DNA of 64,000 bases from Octopus sinensis (lineage: Eukaryota), in NCBI RefSeq assembly GCF_006345805.1, contig NC_043015.1, forward strand, positions 23,994,001 to 24,058,000. Direction: 5' to 3'. This document shows, piece after piece, positions 11,371 through 24,905 of this stretch. A program made the translations under genes and the position numbers. Numbering within the stretch: the stretch's first letter is position 1; each line of letters begins with the position of its first letter. Below the pieces are notes generated by a model. That model was not told the origin of the DNA, searched no databases, and saw only the letters and a list, made by a program, of their open reading frames with translations.

Positions 11371-12749
11371 CAGCGACGGATTAATTACAAATGTTTTTAT
11401 TCATATTTTATATTACTAGTATTTATTGATGAAGGTTGATAAATACTGGTACCATAATAAGTTTGATTCAATTCTAATTACCATCTCCCCAAGAATTATT
11501 AGCCACATCGCTAATTAGAAACCCAAAATGATTTCTTTCTTTCATTGCATTATTTAGTTTCTATTTTCTTTGTATCTTTTATATTGTTTTGCTTTTTTTA
11601 TTTTTGCGAAAGGCATATTTTAGAAGTGATAAAAATATCAATTTGCGAACATCTAAAATATCACTTGTCAAATGTTTTACTGCACATCACGATGTCAGTA
11701 AATTTGGTTTTAATTCCACGTCCATTAAAATGGTCACCAAACTGTTCATGTCAGAATAATTGCTTCCATTGACGGCATGTGAAAGGAAGAAGCAAAAAGA
11801 ATGGGAAAACGTAAAAGAAGAGAGTGTGGTGGAGTAAAACGATATGAGTTCTAGAAATGGTATCATGCTGCAAAATATGAATCTCGAAAGAGAAAAAGAA
11901 AAACGTATTCAGATGAGGGTTAAAGAGAATATTGTATTCAAATCTATAAAATTTTGCGGTAAATTTAACAAAATGAAATAGAAGAAATGCAAGTACAATA
12001 AGAAATTCGCCATGCGTCATTCTTTGATTGAGATATCATTAAGAAAAAAAATTATCATTATTTCTTTTTAAGAAATGTAACCAATTTAATGTTGAAATAT
12101 TTTTGCTTTAATTTTACTTAATTTGATGTTTAATTTTTTATCACATCCTTTAATATTTGATTTTAAAAGTGACAGTCGATGATGGCTAAAAGTGTAGAAA
12201 AGTGCGCAGTATTTAACTGTAATTAAATTTCCTCTCTCTTCTGTGTTCGAATCTTGCTAGGGCTCAGCTTTCGCTATCGTTCCTTCACTGATTATAAAAA
12301 TAAATAGTGATAATTGGGGAGAGACAGCAAATTCAATCCACTTCCGCCCTTTTTTCTTAATAAATGACCTCCTGTTTTTTACTGCGTTGGGAAAATGTCA
12401 TCAAAATGGGAGAGCATGCGAGAGGAAGTCAATACGCCCGAGGACGTGTCAGCAATTCTTTCCATCGTTTGAAGAACAATAACATAAGTTCCAGTCTTGT
12501 ATTGAGATCGATCTTAATAGACTATAATTCCCCAGCACATTGAAGTTGACTTCAGACTTTGTTTGAATTAATGGATATAAAATTCAACTTTTTAGGTCAA
12601 TGAGCCTCAAATCCGGTTGAACACAGAAGAAACTATATTCGAGAAGTTAATTACATTAGTTTTGCTTCTAAGTTCAGCAGTCACCATTGTCTACATTACG
12701 GTTTATAGCTTCGAGAGTGACATAATAATTCAAATGAAATATTAGCTGC

Positions 12750-12953
12750 AAATTTTGGCACATTGCCAGCAATTTGGGGGAAGTGGGTAAGGCGATTACA
12801 TCGACTCCACTGCTCAACTGGTACTCATTTCATCGACTCCGCAATGATGAAAAGCAAAGTCGATTTCGGCAGAATTTGACCTCAGAACGTATAGTCGGAC
12901 GAAATGAAACTAGACATTTTGCCCACCGTGCTAAAAAAATTGTCAGTTCACCG
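12750..12953 (-). mobile_element. SINE family A, degenerate
   Basis: Reverse complement of the core CTGGTACT.ATTT.ATCGAC.CC...GATGAAAAGCAAAGTCGA and the B-box. Confidence 0.75.
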
Positions 12954-13603
12954 GTTTATTCAGATGAAATATTACAATGATAAATACGTTTACGGCACAA
13001 CAGACTGGTACCGCCTTGAAGGTGCCGAATAGAATATCTTAGGTTGTGCAAGTAATTTATGAGGCAGCATTTTGGCAGAGTCGGAAAGCTTCGCTTGCAG
13101 CAATCGTTCTGGCCCTCCACGCTGTTGAATTCCTACGAGGTCACCATTTTATTCCATACATTTGCTGTTGTTATATAAAGTAACAGCCCTATACTTGAAC
13201 CGATTCTTTTCGTTTTACTTTCCTTCAGTTTGCTTCCCTTTCTGGAAGAAAACTGCTGTGGTCACATCTGGTGAAAAAACGGATGGGTCATCTCTAAGAT
13301 GACGCGACAACTTCCCTACGACTCAATAAAGCGGGATTTTGGATAAACGGAAAGGCATATGCTTATACTAAGTTATCTATCTAAATCTATGTTTGTGTCA
13401 CTGTTCTGATGTTAGAAGTCATTAACATAAATTTGTTGTAAACTGTCATACTGTATTTTCATCGAAGCAAAATGTATAAACCCTTTACAATTTCAAGAAC
13501 ATGGCATTTAGCACTACCTCTGTTATGCTTGTATTATTATCTTCACATTGATTTGCACCTGTGTCTTATTTGAATGCATATATGCGTGAGCGTGAACACA
13601 CAG

Positions 13604-13790
13604 GGCGAAATGCTTAGTGGCTTCTCGTCCGTCTTTCAGCTCTGAATTCAAAGAACATCGAGGTTAACTCCGCCCTTCTTCTTTCATTTCATCCTTTCAA
13701 GCTCGATGAAATAAGTACTAGTTCAATGTTATCGATCTACCGACTAACCCCGAACTTGCTGGCTTTGCACCAAAATTTGCAGCCAATGTT
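13604..13790 (+). mobile_element. SINE family A, degenerate
   Basis: GGCGAAATGCTTAGTGG...TTTCATCCTTTC...GATGAAATAAGTAC. Confidence 0.7.
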
Positions 13791-14905
13791 TTATGTCAGT
13801 TTTATATAAAATTAATTTAGAATTAAACGATAACTGAATACTTTTTAGAGTATGGACATTTGAACCTTATAAGGAACAACTTCGAAAACAACTTCAATTA
13901 TTCGTTTAACTTACCTTTAGTCTGATAAAGACATGCAAAACAAGCCTACTAACTTTTTACCTGTAAAATTAATGTATGTATAGAGTGTTAATGCAAGATT
14001 ATTGTGCGTGTGTGCCTCGTGTGTAATTATATCATTTTTACCTCACTAAAATAAAAATTCGATTTCTCAGTTGTAGAACTTTCTCTTCATTTTCTCTGCA
14101 ACTCGTTACCATTAATTTGTGGTCGTTTCCCTCAGTAGTGAACCAACTCTACTATTTCTTCAGTATATGTTGAGATTTTATTTTAACTTTACAAAATGTT
14201 GCTGTTAAAACTTATTATGTAACACTCCGAGTTCCCCCCCCCCCCCCAAAAAAAAAGACAAGAAAAGAATGTTTGGCTGACTAACAAAACGTCTTGCCAT
14301 GTGATCGTATGTGGCATATACTACTTCATTTGTAGTTTAATCTCCATTTAATGTTTCTCCAACAACAACAAAAACATTTGTATGTGTGTTGCGGTGACAT
14401 GAGAAAGAAATCCAGGTAGCATTCAAAAATTTTATGTAGTTTGAAAGAATAACGTCATCTTTTTTTAAGAGAATGACTGTGTAACTGAATGAAGGCATGA
14501 ATGTATACATGAAAAGAAAAATGAAGGAGAACTAAGAATAAAAGCTCACCAAGTGCTTAAAGTCAGGAAGTCTTTTCGGTAAAAGGTGTAAATGTTATAT
14601 AGAATTTTAGTTGAAAACTATATGAAAGAAATATGAATCATGTGATTAACTGTCAAAGCGAAGAGGTAGAAGGAAATACATATTAAAATATAGTGCAGTG
14701 CTTTATAGGGAAATATATTGTTTGAATCATTGATCTGTAGATAGAGGGGAACACAGATGCATAGATAGACCGATAGATAGATAGAACGATCGATCGATAG
14801 ATATAAAGATAGGTGCGTGCATATATATGTATATATAATATATATATATATATATATAAGTAAATAGGGATACATATGTATATATGTACGTATGTATATG
14901 CATAC

Positions 14906-14959
<54 letters not shown>

Positions 14960-14962
<3 letters not shown>

Positions 14963-15210
14963 TCCTCAGTGATCCATAGATAGGAGAGGTGCAACCGGAG
15001 GGTAAATGTCTAAAAGAGAATTCGTAAAGGGTAGATAGGTAGAAAATCCAGTGGAGAAGTTCGTGTGTGATAAGAGATGACAGGATCAACTGGTGCGACC
15101 ACGTGAGCGTGTCATGTAGTATAACGCTCAGGAATTGAAAAAGACTTCTACGTTTCGGGCCTACGCTCTTCTAAAGAAAGGGACACAGTAAAAAGCAAGG
15201 AGATTTATCC
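14960..15210 (-). mobile_element. Short interspersed repeat with a hammerhead-like half motif (probable PLE terminal-repeat relic); same family as 49125-49320
   Basis: Minus strand: AGAA-GAGC-GTAG-GCCC-GAAAC-GTA-GAAG then TTTTCAATTCCTGAGCGTTATACTA, shared with the 49.2-kb copy; CUGANGA box degenerate. Confidence 0.5.
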
Positions 15211-16199
15211 ATTATATATATATAGGCATATATATAATATATATATACGCATATATGTGTGAGTGTTGACATATATATATCAATAGGGCCACCAAATCCA
15301 CAATTTGACAAGTGTTTGTTGTTTCTCCCTTTCGCATATCAGCCTGTCTTCCGCCGTCTCTCTCTTTCATTCCTTCCCTCCAATTTCTCTCTATAACGAC
15401 GTTTGACAGCTGCGCCGTCTCTCTGTCACTCTTTCCTCCACCACCTCTCTCACTGTACGTCTGTCTGTAGCTATAGAGAGAAAGCGTTGACAGCCGCAAA
15501 AGCTTAAATATTCCCGCTAATCTTAATATATTATCGTCACCAACCCCTACGCATTAGTGACGGTAATCAATGTCTATAAAACTGAATTGCGAAAAAGTTT
15601 TTTGATTTCTTGGTTATTTTTCTCATTTTGTGATGGGAACGGTTTAAGGGGCTGTTTCTCATGTTTACGTATTTTTGCCTTTTATTTTTTATTGTTTACA
15701 GTTTTCATTTTTTCTGAAAGAAATTTACAGCTGCATGTAACCCGTGTTTAGAGCTTTCATTTGCATGGTTAATCGTCGAAAAAATTCCCAAAATAAGTAC
15801 TGAATTTAACAAAGAAATCCCTTTTTCTCCTTATTTTAAATCGCTCGAATAGTGGCACGTACAAAAGGCAATTGTGCTTTCCGTTGTCACTGCCTGATAT
15901 TTATGATTCGTCTTTCAAAATAGTTCCTTTCTCAACTTACTCAAGATCTTTTGTTTTTTTATAAATGGGAAAGAGATAGATAGAGAAAGATAGAGAGTAA
16001 CAGAAATCGAGGGCGAGTCCGAGAAAAAGGAAGAGTAAGAGAGTGGGAAAGTGAGAGAAAAAGAAGAGAGAAACAAAGAGAGAGAAAGAAAGAAACAGAA
16101 GAAACAGAAAGGAAGCTTCAGAAAGTAACAACCACATCATCACCCACCCGTAGAGCGGGTCACCTTAAGCTAGTATGTGTATATTTATGCATAAAAATA

Positions 16200-16291
<92 letters not shown>

Positions 16292-16429
16292 TATATATTT
16301 AAAACATTACGTTATATAATTAGGGTTCAGTAAAATAATTTACTTTACCACACACCGAACTTTTAGAAAAAGCAGCCAAAAATGTTTAGCTATTTCCTCT
16401 ACTATAAGAAAAGTCTCCCAGACAATGTA

Positions 16430-16791
16430 TACTCAAAAATAACTCACGCAGGTATAGAGGGAAAAATAACGAAAGATCACATGTACATCGATTACTTGAG
16501 AATGCCGTTTCTGGATTAATTGGATATAGAGATCAACATTCAAAGCCTCATTCGTACTTTTTGAATTTGTTAGTACTAGCGGTCGAAGATGGTTTGTCTG
16601 GGATTACTCATATCAACGGGTATGTTCGATTTTTAGTGCTCTCTAATTCAAACCTAAAGAAATCTTGGGCTGATGACGGAAATGTTGATCTCTATATCCA
16701 ACTAATCTAGAAACGGCGTTCTCAAGTAATCGATGTACGTGTGATCTTTCGTTATTTTTCCCTCTATACCTGCGTGAATTATTTTTGAGTA
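16430..16791. repeat. Inverted repeat, 111-bp arms (16430-16540 / 16681-16791), 140-bp spacer; possible MITE or fold-back
   Basis: Pairing with constant sum 33221; 5 mismatches counted, no indels. Confidence 0.92.
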
Positions 16792-17639
16792 AATGATATT
16801 TTTATATATTGAACACTACTTGGTAAAATTATTAATTAATAATTAATTAATTTTACCCTTTTCTTATTGACTATATATATATATATATATGCAAATGTAC
16901 CCGTATATACATATATATCATTAAAGAGATTATGTAAAGTTATACACATACATCGATACATTCTTGCATTGATACATACATACATACATATATACGTACA
17001 TACATACATACATGCATACATGCATGCATACATACATACATACATACATACATACATACATACATACATACATACATACATACATACATACATACATACA
17101 TACATGCATATATTCATACATATTGTGATTATCAAGTTCACTGAAACTTGCAAGTTCGCGTATGTATATGTAAAAGCTAATGGTTACACTATTCGATTCA
17201 CGATCTTACTGATTTGAGTTCCATTCCCGACTCGGTAGGCGCAAGAGCATATTATCTGAAGTATTATATTTAATTTCCTGTTGTTCAAATATACTCATCT
17301 GAACAGAGGTAGCAAACGCAATATATTGGAAGTTATTGTCTTGAGATGGAGAGTGGTGTAATTTATGAGTGTCATATTGTATTCTCAATTAGTCGACGCC
17401 TCAGCAATAATATTAAAGTCCTATGAATAAAAATATACTTACACACTCACCTCTGCGTGCACTGAATCTTATAGCAAGAATAGCTATATGCTAATGAAAT
17501 TCGTTACATAATCTCCTATTCTCTTGACATTCATTTAATGCCATACTATGCTCTGAACTCCAATATCGTTGTATTATGAAGCGTATGTATACTGTATTCG
17601 AACTCCAGCTTGCTTGTACCGCTATGCTTAAACAAAGTA

Positions 17640-18660
17640 TTAAAGTATAAACTTCAGAAAAGCTTTGCATATTTTTATCTTTCCACTTATAGGTTGTATT
17701 TGTAACGTGTGAGTGATTTGGTTGATTTCTGAAAATGCAGGCTCATCCAAACTGTCAATCATGCATTTACTCACAAAACCAAATGCGACAATTATTATTA
17801 TTCATACAAATGTAAATTGTAATCCGGATATAGAAGCTGGACGTTTCGAAGCAATTGTCAATAGTTATTCTCTTTCTCCTTGATTTTCAAACTTTCACAT
17901 CAGCAGGCCAACTAACCTCTATATGATACATACTTTCTCTTGCCTGTCGCAAACAACAATATCTGGCCTCTTATGTTTACAACTGGCAGGTATTTTTATG
18001 GGAATGTTCCCCTAGTATTTCTTGTCTCGCTTTTCCTTTATATATTTAGTAACAGTAGAATTTGTTATATGTATTCCAGGACAATCTTTTGTCCGGATGG
18101 CATTGTATATTGTTTTTTCAACAATGTCGTGTCTCATGGGTAGATAGTACCTTGAATCCATTTTTGGGCAGCTGCAAATCACAGGTGTGGTGTCTTCCAT
18201 AGAAATATGAAGTAATCTTTATTTTAGGATACATCTTGGAGCTCAAAAAACTTCACTATCTCTCTTGTAAATTAGATTTTCAACAGCAAGCTCCTATTCT
18301 TGGATCGCAAAAGCATGGCTTTCGAAGTGAGATATGATGCACCGGTCACGAGTACAAGAGTCTTCGCTTCATGACGATATTACTTTCTTCCTTATGTTTT
18401 CGAGAGACATATCCATGCATAGTCTCTTTTACTATACTGAGAGACTCACAACGAGTCTTCTTTGAGGGATGTTAGTCCTGCTGTTTTGGGGATGTATGGA
18501 AGATCATCGGGACTAAGTTAATGCATTTATTTTTGCTGCTCTTGTTTAACAAGTTCTGTCTATGATATTGTAGACAATCATTCCGGTCTCCTTTCCAAGT
18601 GTAAGAATTATTGCCCAGCTCTTTGTAAGCTTCTCAATGGTACTAATTAAGATAGCAGAC
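17640..18660 (-). pseudogene. Degenerate 3' part of an RLE-type (R4-like) non-LTR retrotransposon (zinc knuckle plus restriction-like endonuclease)
   Basis: EDTTPVICSCPKMDSRYYLPMRHDIVEKTIYNA (18012-18200) and HKRPDIVVCDRQEKVCIIIEVSWPAD (~17910-17985); many stops and frameshifts. Confidence 0.75.
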
Positions 18661-19440
18661 ACCTTGCCAAATGGAGACACCTCAGAAGCCATTAGTGGGG
18701 AATATAGTCAAATGCCTTCCTATAGTCGAACCATATTCTTGCAAGGCCACTGTGATGATATTTGGAGTTTTTAAAAAAATTGAAACAGAAAAGCTTTCTT
18801 CGTCAAAAGTTGTTAGACACATCCCTACACACCGCTCTATCCACCGGCCTAGATTACCACTTGCCCTATTAGCACACACACAGACACAGACACACACACA
18901 CACAACACACACACACACGCACACACACATGTATGTATCTATATGTCAAGATTCGTATAAGAGAGAAGCGGGAGATGGAACGATAGAAATAAAGAGAGAG
19001 AGAAAGTGAGTGAGAGAATGCAAAGAAGTTTGGACACTGCTATTTTCCTATCAGTATGTGTATCCGGATGATTTTGTTGACCACAACAAGTGGAATCAAC
19101 CAAATTAAACCGTTTACAACGTTCTCTCTATCTCTCTATCATTTCGTCTCCTCTACCTACGTAACTTTCTCCCTTTCTTCCCCTCTCTCCCTCTATCTCT
19201 CTTCCCATCTCTCCGTCCTCTCTGGGCTTCCGGTGCAGAGAATTTCTTGAGCGTGATAATATTGACTTTGCTTCCTCGGAGATAACGATGAACATGTGTG
19301 TGCTAGTGTGTATTTATGTATGTATATGTACATCTGCCTATATGTGTGTGTACCCCCGTATGCATTTAGCTATATTTATGTACATGTGTATATGTGTGTG
19401 AGCGTTCGTGTGTATTTATTTGTGTATGTATATTTCTATA

Positions 19441-20430
19441 TACGAGATTCGTCAGAAAAGTTTATAGGTTGACCAAGATACTTCCATGGAATATAACGAA
19501 ATGAGATCTATTTTTCAAAATTAGTGATTCTTCACACTTCTTCTAACGGTATTAGAAATGAAAGGGGAAGAAGCTTTCACCTTGTTGGCCAAAAGTCACA
19601 AACAAAAGATATGACACCACCATCACTGCAATACTGGTTTCCAGCCAAATGCTTTGTCATGTTAGAGAACGGATGATGTCCAGATGGTGCATATTTGGTT
19701 CGATGAAGCCAAATAGGGAGAGTGATCAACCAGTTGAAAGCCAGTCACGCTCAGTACAATTGAGACCAAAAACATATGGGCTAGGACATTGTCCTCATGA
19801 GACCAAACACTTTCCGTTAGTTTTCTGGGTGTATGATCTTGATAGTATTTCGAGACTGCCTCCGCAAATTTGCATTGACGGAGTGGCCCTTTTGAAGATA
19901 GCATATTAATGCAATGCCTTTTCCATCCTAAAAGTTGTGATCATCACCTTCCTTGCAGAAGAAATGATCTCGGCCTTCCTTGGAACAGGTAAGGACGGGT
20001 GCATGGATTATCTCTATATCTCTGACGCAAAGTAATCAATCCACTACTCATGCAGGGTTACGAAATGTTGAAGAAAACCTATTGTGTCTGCCTGAATCAG
20101 TGTCAGATTTTTACCTGTGATGTGATCAGCCACGTGCACTTTTGATAAGGGTTCAGAACGTGTGGAACCATCGCGCAAGAACCTTCAGCATGCGAAGTCC
20201 TTTGTTACAGAATATTTCTGATGCTTTCAAGGAATATGGTAATAGCTCTGGCTGTAGATCTATAGTTAATAACCTGTTATTCACTACATGTGGCGCATTC
20301 AGACAATGTTTGCCTCGGTGGTGGCAATCTTAGGATGTTCAGACTCTTCTTTCTACTAAATTCAGCTGCTCTCTTTTGCACTATTGATAAAGCGGGAGCG
20401 ACTTCCCCTAACGTAGCAATCATGTCAGTA
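19441..20430 (-). mobile_element. Mariner-type transposase relic
   Basis: Across frameshifts: KV.ARW/VPHVL...QK, FLQHFVT.HE.WIDYF, P.PRKA....ARKVMITTF, YLQKGH.VN, EDNVLAH, GFQLVDHSPY. TA-flanked TACGAG...GTCAGAAAAGT TIR-like end at 19441. Confidence 0.75.
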
Positions 20431-20623
20431 TGGAGGAGGATGGATGAATGTGGGATTATGTCTGCTCATCATTGAAGCAGTATAATGTGGGATTATGTCT
20501 GCTCGTCATTGAAACTTTACCAAGTCCGACATTGTTGCTCTTGCGTATCTACCAATCTATATATCTATCACTCTCTTGCTCTCTGTCTGTATAATATGCG
20601 TGTGTATGTGTGCGTATGTGTGT

Positions 20624-20672
<49 letters not shown>

Positions 20673-20887
20673 CGTGCGCGCTCGCGATTATTTCTTAGTT
20701 TCCTTTGTTTTCTGCAACTGTAGAGTGTAGAGTTGTAAAAATAATGTCATCTTAAGATCGTAGATAGTAGCTTCGAGAGCTGCACATGTCATGCGTATGA
20801 TCGGACGATGTAGAAACCCAGGAATAGAGGGAACGCTTGGCTGGTTGTTTACTTCAGCGATCGATTTTCGATGTTCTGATGACAAAA

Positions 20888-21130
20888 CGCATGGCTTATT
20901 GAGTAGTATATTCGGCGGCTCAGGTTCGTAAGTTCGTGAGTTCGATTCCTGTCGGCGTGCTGTGTCCTTGAGCAAGACATGTCGTTTATTTCATATTGCT
21001 CTAGTAATCCAAATGCCCAGACTTGTCACATTCTGTGTCACGCTGAATTTCCACGTTCTGGATACGCGTGTCTATTGGGTGCTCAACCGCTTGCATGTCA
21101 ATTTCAAGAACAAGTTATTCGCTTAATCCA
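20888..21130 (+). mobile_element. tRNA-derived SINE (family C-like)
   Basis: B-box GAGTTCGATTCC followed by TGTGTCCTTGAGCAAGACA. Confidence 0.65.
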
Positions 21131-21656
21131 ATTAACAGCAACACTTATCATCGTAACCGATAGAGTACCAAGTCTCTCAGTTTATAAGCGTAGTGTATTC
21201 ACTAGAAACCTGTAAACTCTCCATGTCTGAATGCAGTTCCTATGTTTGTATGTAGCTTATTTCAAAATATTAATATAACGCAAAGCGAACATTTCCCCGT
21301 AATCCCGTGTTGATTAATGTTATCCACCAGAGAATATATTGGCAAAATATCATCCCCTGCTTACTTGATCCTTATCCCGTAAAGCTGGCCTCTCTGTTAC
21401 ATCTAGAACATTCTATACGACCTTATCATACCTCTTATTGAAATTAATCTCCGTTTGTGACAACTCCCCGTTAAAGATTATCACTAGTTTACAGGGAACA
21501 TTGGGTAATATAATTCCGGTGTTTCATATGTATATATATATATATGCATTGATATATACATGTATATGTTTTTGTACATTTTATAAAAGTATGCATATAT
21601 AAGTTAGTATATATGTATACTCGTACATAATGTGTATGTGTGTGAGTGTATATATA

Positions 21657-21697
<41 letters not shown>

Positions 21698-22272
21698 TAG
21701 ATAGATTTATTACCGAGTTTATTTTCAAGTTGAAACTTCTCCAATTACGACACTTCGTTTCACGTTTCCGATCCTTAGGGTAATTACGTGATTTCGGTGA
21801 CATTCCTAGATTGCATAAACGATTCACTGATTAAAAAAAAATTTACCAGACTAAAAAAAGCAAATATTCAAACGCTTCATTCTACGTTTAAAAGATAAAA
21901 ATATGCGAAACAATGACACAATGATAGTTTAAACTAAATGACATGATAGAATTAAATGGAATAACAAAATTAATAACGGTAAAAAGTAGTAATGTACAAA
22001 AAAAATATAAAAGAATGATTATGGTTAAAGGAATCATGAATGGAAAGTGTGACACTGTCTCACTTTTTGTTCAGACATTGTGAACGCACCGATTTTTATT
22101 CTCTTGCGTTCGTGTCTATAATATTTACATAAGAATGCATGTAACATAAAAATGCAAAAACGTAAGTCATATTAGTAGCATGGCTTTTATTTTACGAAAT
22201 GTTTCAGACTACAAAATGTTGTGGAAAATATCTTTCCATATGGGATAAACCGTGTTTATCACGTGTGTGAAA

Positions 22273-22506
22273 GGCGGCGAGCTGGCAAAAGCGTTAGCAT
22301 GCCGGGCGAAATGCGTAGCCGTATTTCGTCTGCCGTTACGTTTTGAATTCAAATTCCGCCGAGGTCGACTTTGCTTTTCATCCTTTCGGAGTCGATAAAT
22401 TAAGTACCAGTTACGCACTGGGGTCGATTTAATCGACTTAATCCGTTTGTCCGTCCTTGTTTGTCCCCTCTGTGTTTAGCCCCTTGTGGGCAGTAAAGAA
22501 ATAGGT
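22273..22506 (+). mobile_element. SINE family A, near-consensus copy
   Basis: Complete head, B-box TTCAAATTCCGCCGAGG, core TTTTCATCCTTTCGGAGTCGATAAATTAAGTACCAG, tail AAAGAAATAGG. Confidence 0.93.
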
Positions 22507-22628
22507 ATGTACGTGTGTGAATGTGTACGTATGTGTGCGTGTGTGTATGTGTATGAACGTAAGTGTGAATATGCATGAATGTGGTTCTGAATGAATGCGC
22601 GTGTTTTATACGTGTGTCGGCTGGCAAG

Positions 22629-22800
22629 ATGGACATCAACAGCCTACCACGACTCTCACCAACGGAAGCAGATTGCTGCGAAATGAGTCACTGGAAATTC
22701 GGGAAGGATGATTAGTTCGTAATGGGCGAATCGCCTAGTTCAGCTCTACTCTACATGCTTCTTGCCTAAATGCGACTCTCGTTCAGCGACATTTTGGAAG
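22629..22800 (+). pseudogene. Short, highly degenerate Tx1-like RT-upstream fragment
   Basis: SLPRLSPTEADCCE resembles SLPRLSAREAECCE of the 7848-8729 ORF. Confidence 0.4.
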
Positions 22801-22994
22801 ATATACCGCAACAGAGAGCAAGCGGCAAAGTTAGTAGTAGTAGTAGTAGTTGTAGTCTACTCATATACTCAGCTCTACTGGTGCTTCATATTTTTGGCAA
22901 TACAGTCCACTAATCAGGAAAATCGTTCTTTGCGGCTGATACCGTCAACCATGTTGGTCAGGTGATATTACTATCTTTTTAACTCTGAAAGAAA

Positions 22995-23011
22995 ATAAAT
23001 AAAAAACAATG

Positions 23012-23096
<85 letters not shown>

Positions 23097-23100
23097 AATT
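22995..23100. repeat. (TAA)n microsatellite
   Basis: Read directly from the sequence. Confidence 0.95.
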
Positions 23101-23749
23101 GTGAGTGTGAAACTATTTGAAACTAAATAAATAGCGTATGAATGTTTGACATCAAATCATATTTTGTGTAGATACACGGAATTTAATGCAGGATCAAATT
23201 ATTGGAAACTGAATGGCTTCGATTTTTACTTGGATTCATGAAACGTGTGAGATGGTGCTAGCAAAGCTGTAATTATAGATCAGCGTATGAAAACTGAATA
23301 TCTAACAGACATCAAATAGATTACGTAAAACATATATGAAAGCGCACGCATAAAATACACAACCGCATATCCTACAGCACTACATATAAGATATTTAAAT
23401 GGAGATATATATATATAACGGATGTATATTTATACAGATTTCTATGCATTTATATACACACAAGCCATGTATATAGAACATAGACATATGTAAAAATTAT
23501 ATACGCCACTAAAATATACAGAGTTATCCTTCAATTTACTGTTAAACTGTTTTGATATATAACTTCACGTAAAATGAAGCATTAATATGCGGGTGTGTAT
23601 CTGTATATGTATATATTTATTTATATGCTGTAATCGTGTGTGTATGTATACGTAATTTCGATCAAATATTGTCATTCTTCATCTCACATAAGCTTTGTAC
23701 TACAAAGGTAAATGCTTGTATGCGTTTGAGAAATGTAAAATAACAGATG

Positions 23750-23805
<56 letters not shown>

Positions 23806-23856
23806 TATATATATATTATATATATATATATATATATATTATGTATGTATATATAT

Positions 23857-24012
23857 GGCTTCTTTCAGTTGCCATCTATCAAATCCACTCACAAGGCTGT
23901 TGTCGGCCCGAGGCTATAGTAGAAGGAATTTGCCCAAGGTGCCACACAGTGGAACTCAACCCGGAACCATGTGGTTAGGAAGCATTTTCTTATCACACAG
24001 CCACTCTGCACC
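23857..24012 (-). mobile_element. tRNA-derived SINE family B, head module
   Basis: Reverse complement of GTGGCTGTGTG.TAAG...CCACATGGTTCCGGGTTGAGT.CCACTGTGTGGCACCTTGGGCAA...GTGAGTGGATTTG; adjoins (TA)n. Confidence 0.88.
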
Positions 24013-24028
24013 TATAGCCTCTACACAG

Positions 24029-24066
<38 letters not shown>

Positions 24067-24124
24067 TGTTTGTGCGTGTGTGTGTATGTGTGTGCGTGCG
24101 TGTGCGCGAGTGCAATGGGTGCAA

Positions 24125-24905
24125 TGGGTAAATTGTCGCCATTTTATATTTTAATTTTGCGCATGAGTATTGGTTCTTTTTTATCTTGACGACTACACAG
24201 TATAGCAGGGCCTGCTGGGTACCGTATGTGAGAAGAAATGCACTATGACGCAATTCACTCTGCAAGAGATTTGGAAACTACACGCTGCACTGCTTGCCAT
24301 TCGCGCCAGAAGCTCTAGTACGGAGTGGCGGAAGCTCCAATACGAACATATACCGAGGGCAATGAAAGTCAAACATCCAATCAACATCATGATGTTTTAA
24401 TATTCACTAAAGATGGCGACGTTATTCCTCCATTCATCTTCCCACATGCCCTCAGACTCAACATGGAGACCTATATCAAATGTCTGGATGAGGTAGTGTT
24501 GTCTTAGGTCAAGAAGGTGACTGCTGGAAGACACTATGCCTGGGAATAGGATTCTGCACCATGCCACAGAAGCTGGAGAACTCAGTCATGGCAGTCAGAA
24601 AATTTCTGTGACGACAACACCCCTAATATCTGGCCACCTAAATCCCCATATTGCAACCCTCTTGATTATTATATGAGGTAGAGTTGAGCGAGAGACCAAC
24701 AAATGAACTTAAGACAAGGAGACTACTCAGAAAAGTTCTAGGAGATTCCGATGTCATTTGGAGGTTGTGTTTCAAGCCAACGGTGATTTTATTGAATAGA
24801 TCTACTCTTTAGTATTTCATGTTATCTTAATGTAATTTTGTGCATATATGTTAAAATGAGATGTCACTGTTATTTTCATATTTGCGTAATTTATACAACA
24901 GTATA
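24125..24905 (+). mobile_element. Tc1/mariner superfamily (maT/DD37D-like) transposase relic
   Basis: MKVKHP..IM.F...DGDVIPPFIFPH.LRLN.ETYIKCLDEVV...AGR.Y.W..DSAPCH....TQ.W..ENF.D...PNIWPP.SP..NPLDYY, broken by stops and frameshifts. Confidence 0.8.

Noticed and set aside
11770-11980. Possible host exon (short K/E-rich frames); similar unique stretches at 35560-35720 and 39230-39420
   Set aside because: Short frames with stops, no recognisable domain and no convincing splice pair.
13038-13065. TTAGGTTGTGCAAGTAATT mariner-like TIR
   Set aside because: No partner TIR or transposase found nearby.
16670-16695. CTGATGA-CG-GAAA as a functional hammerhead
   Set aside because: Only 2 nt for stem II and a weak stem I.
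20447-20513. 37-bp tandem duplication AATGTGGGATTATGTCTGCTC...
   Set aside because: Ordinary local slippage beside the mariner relic.
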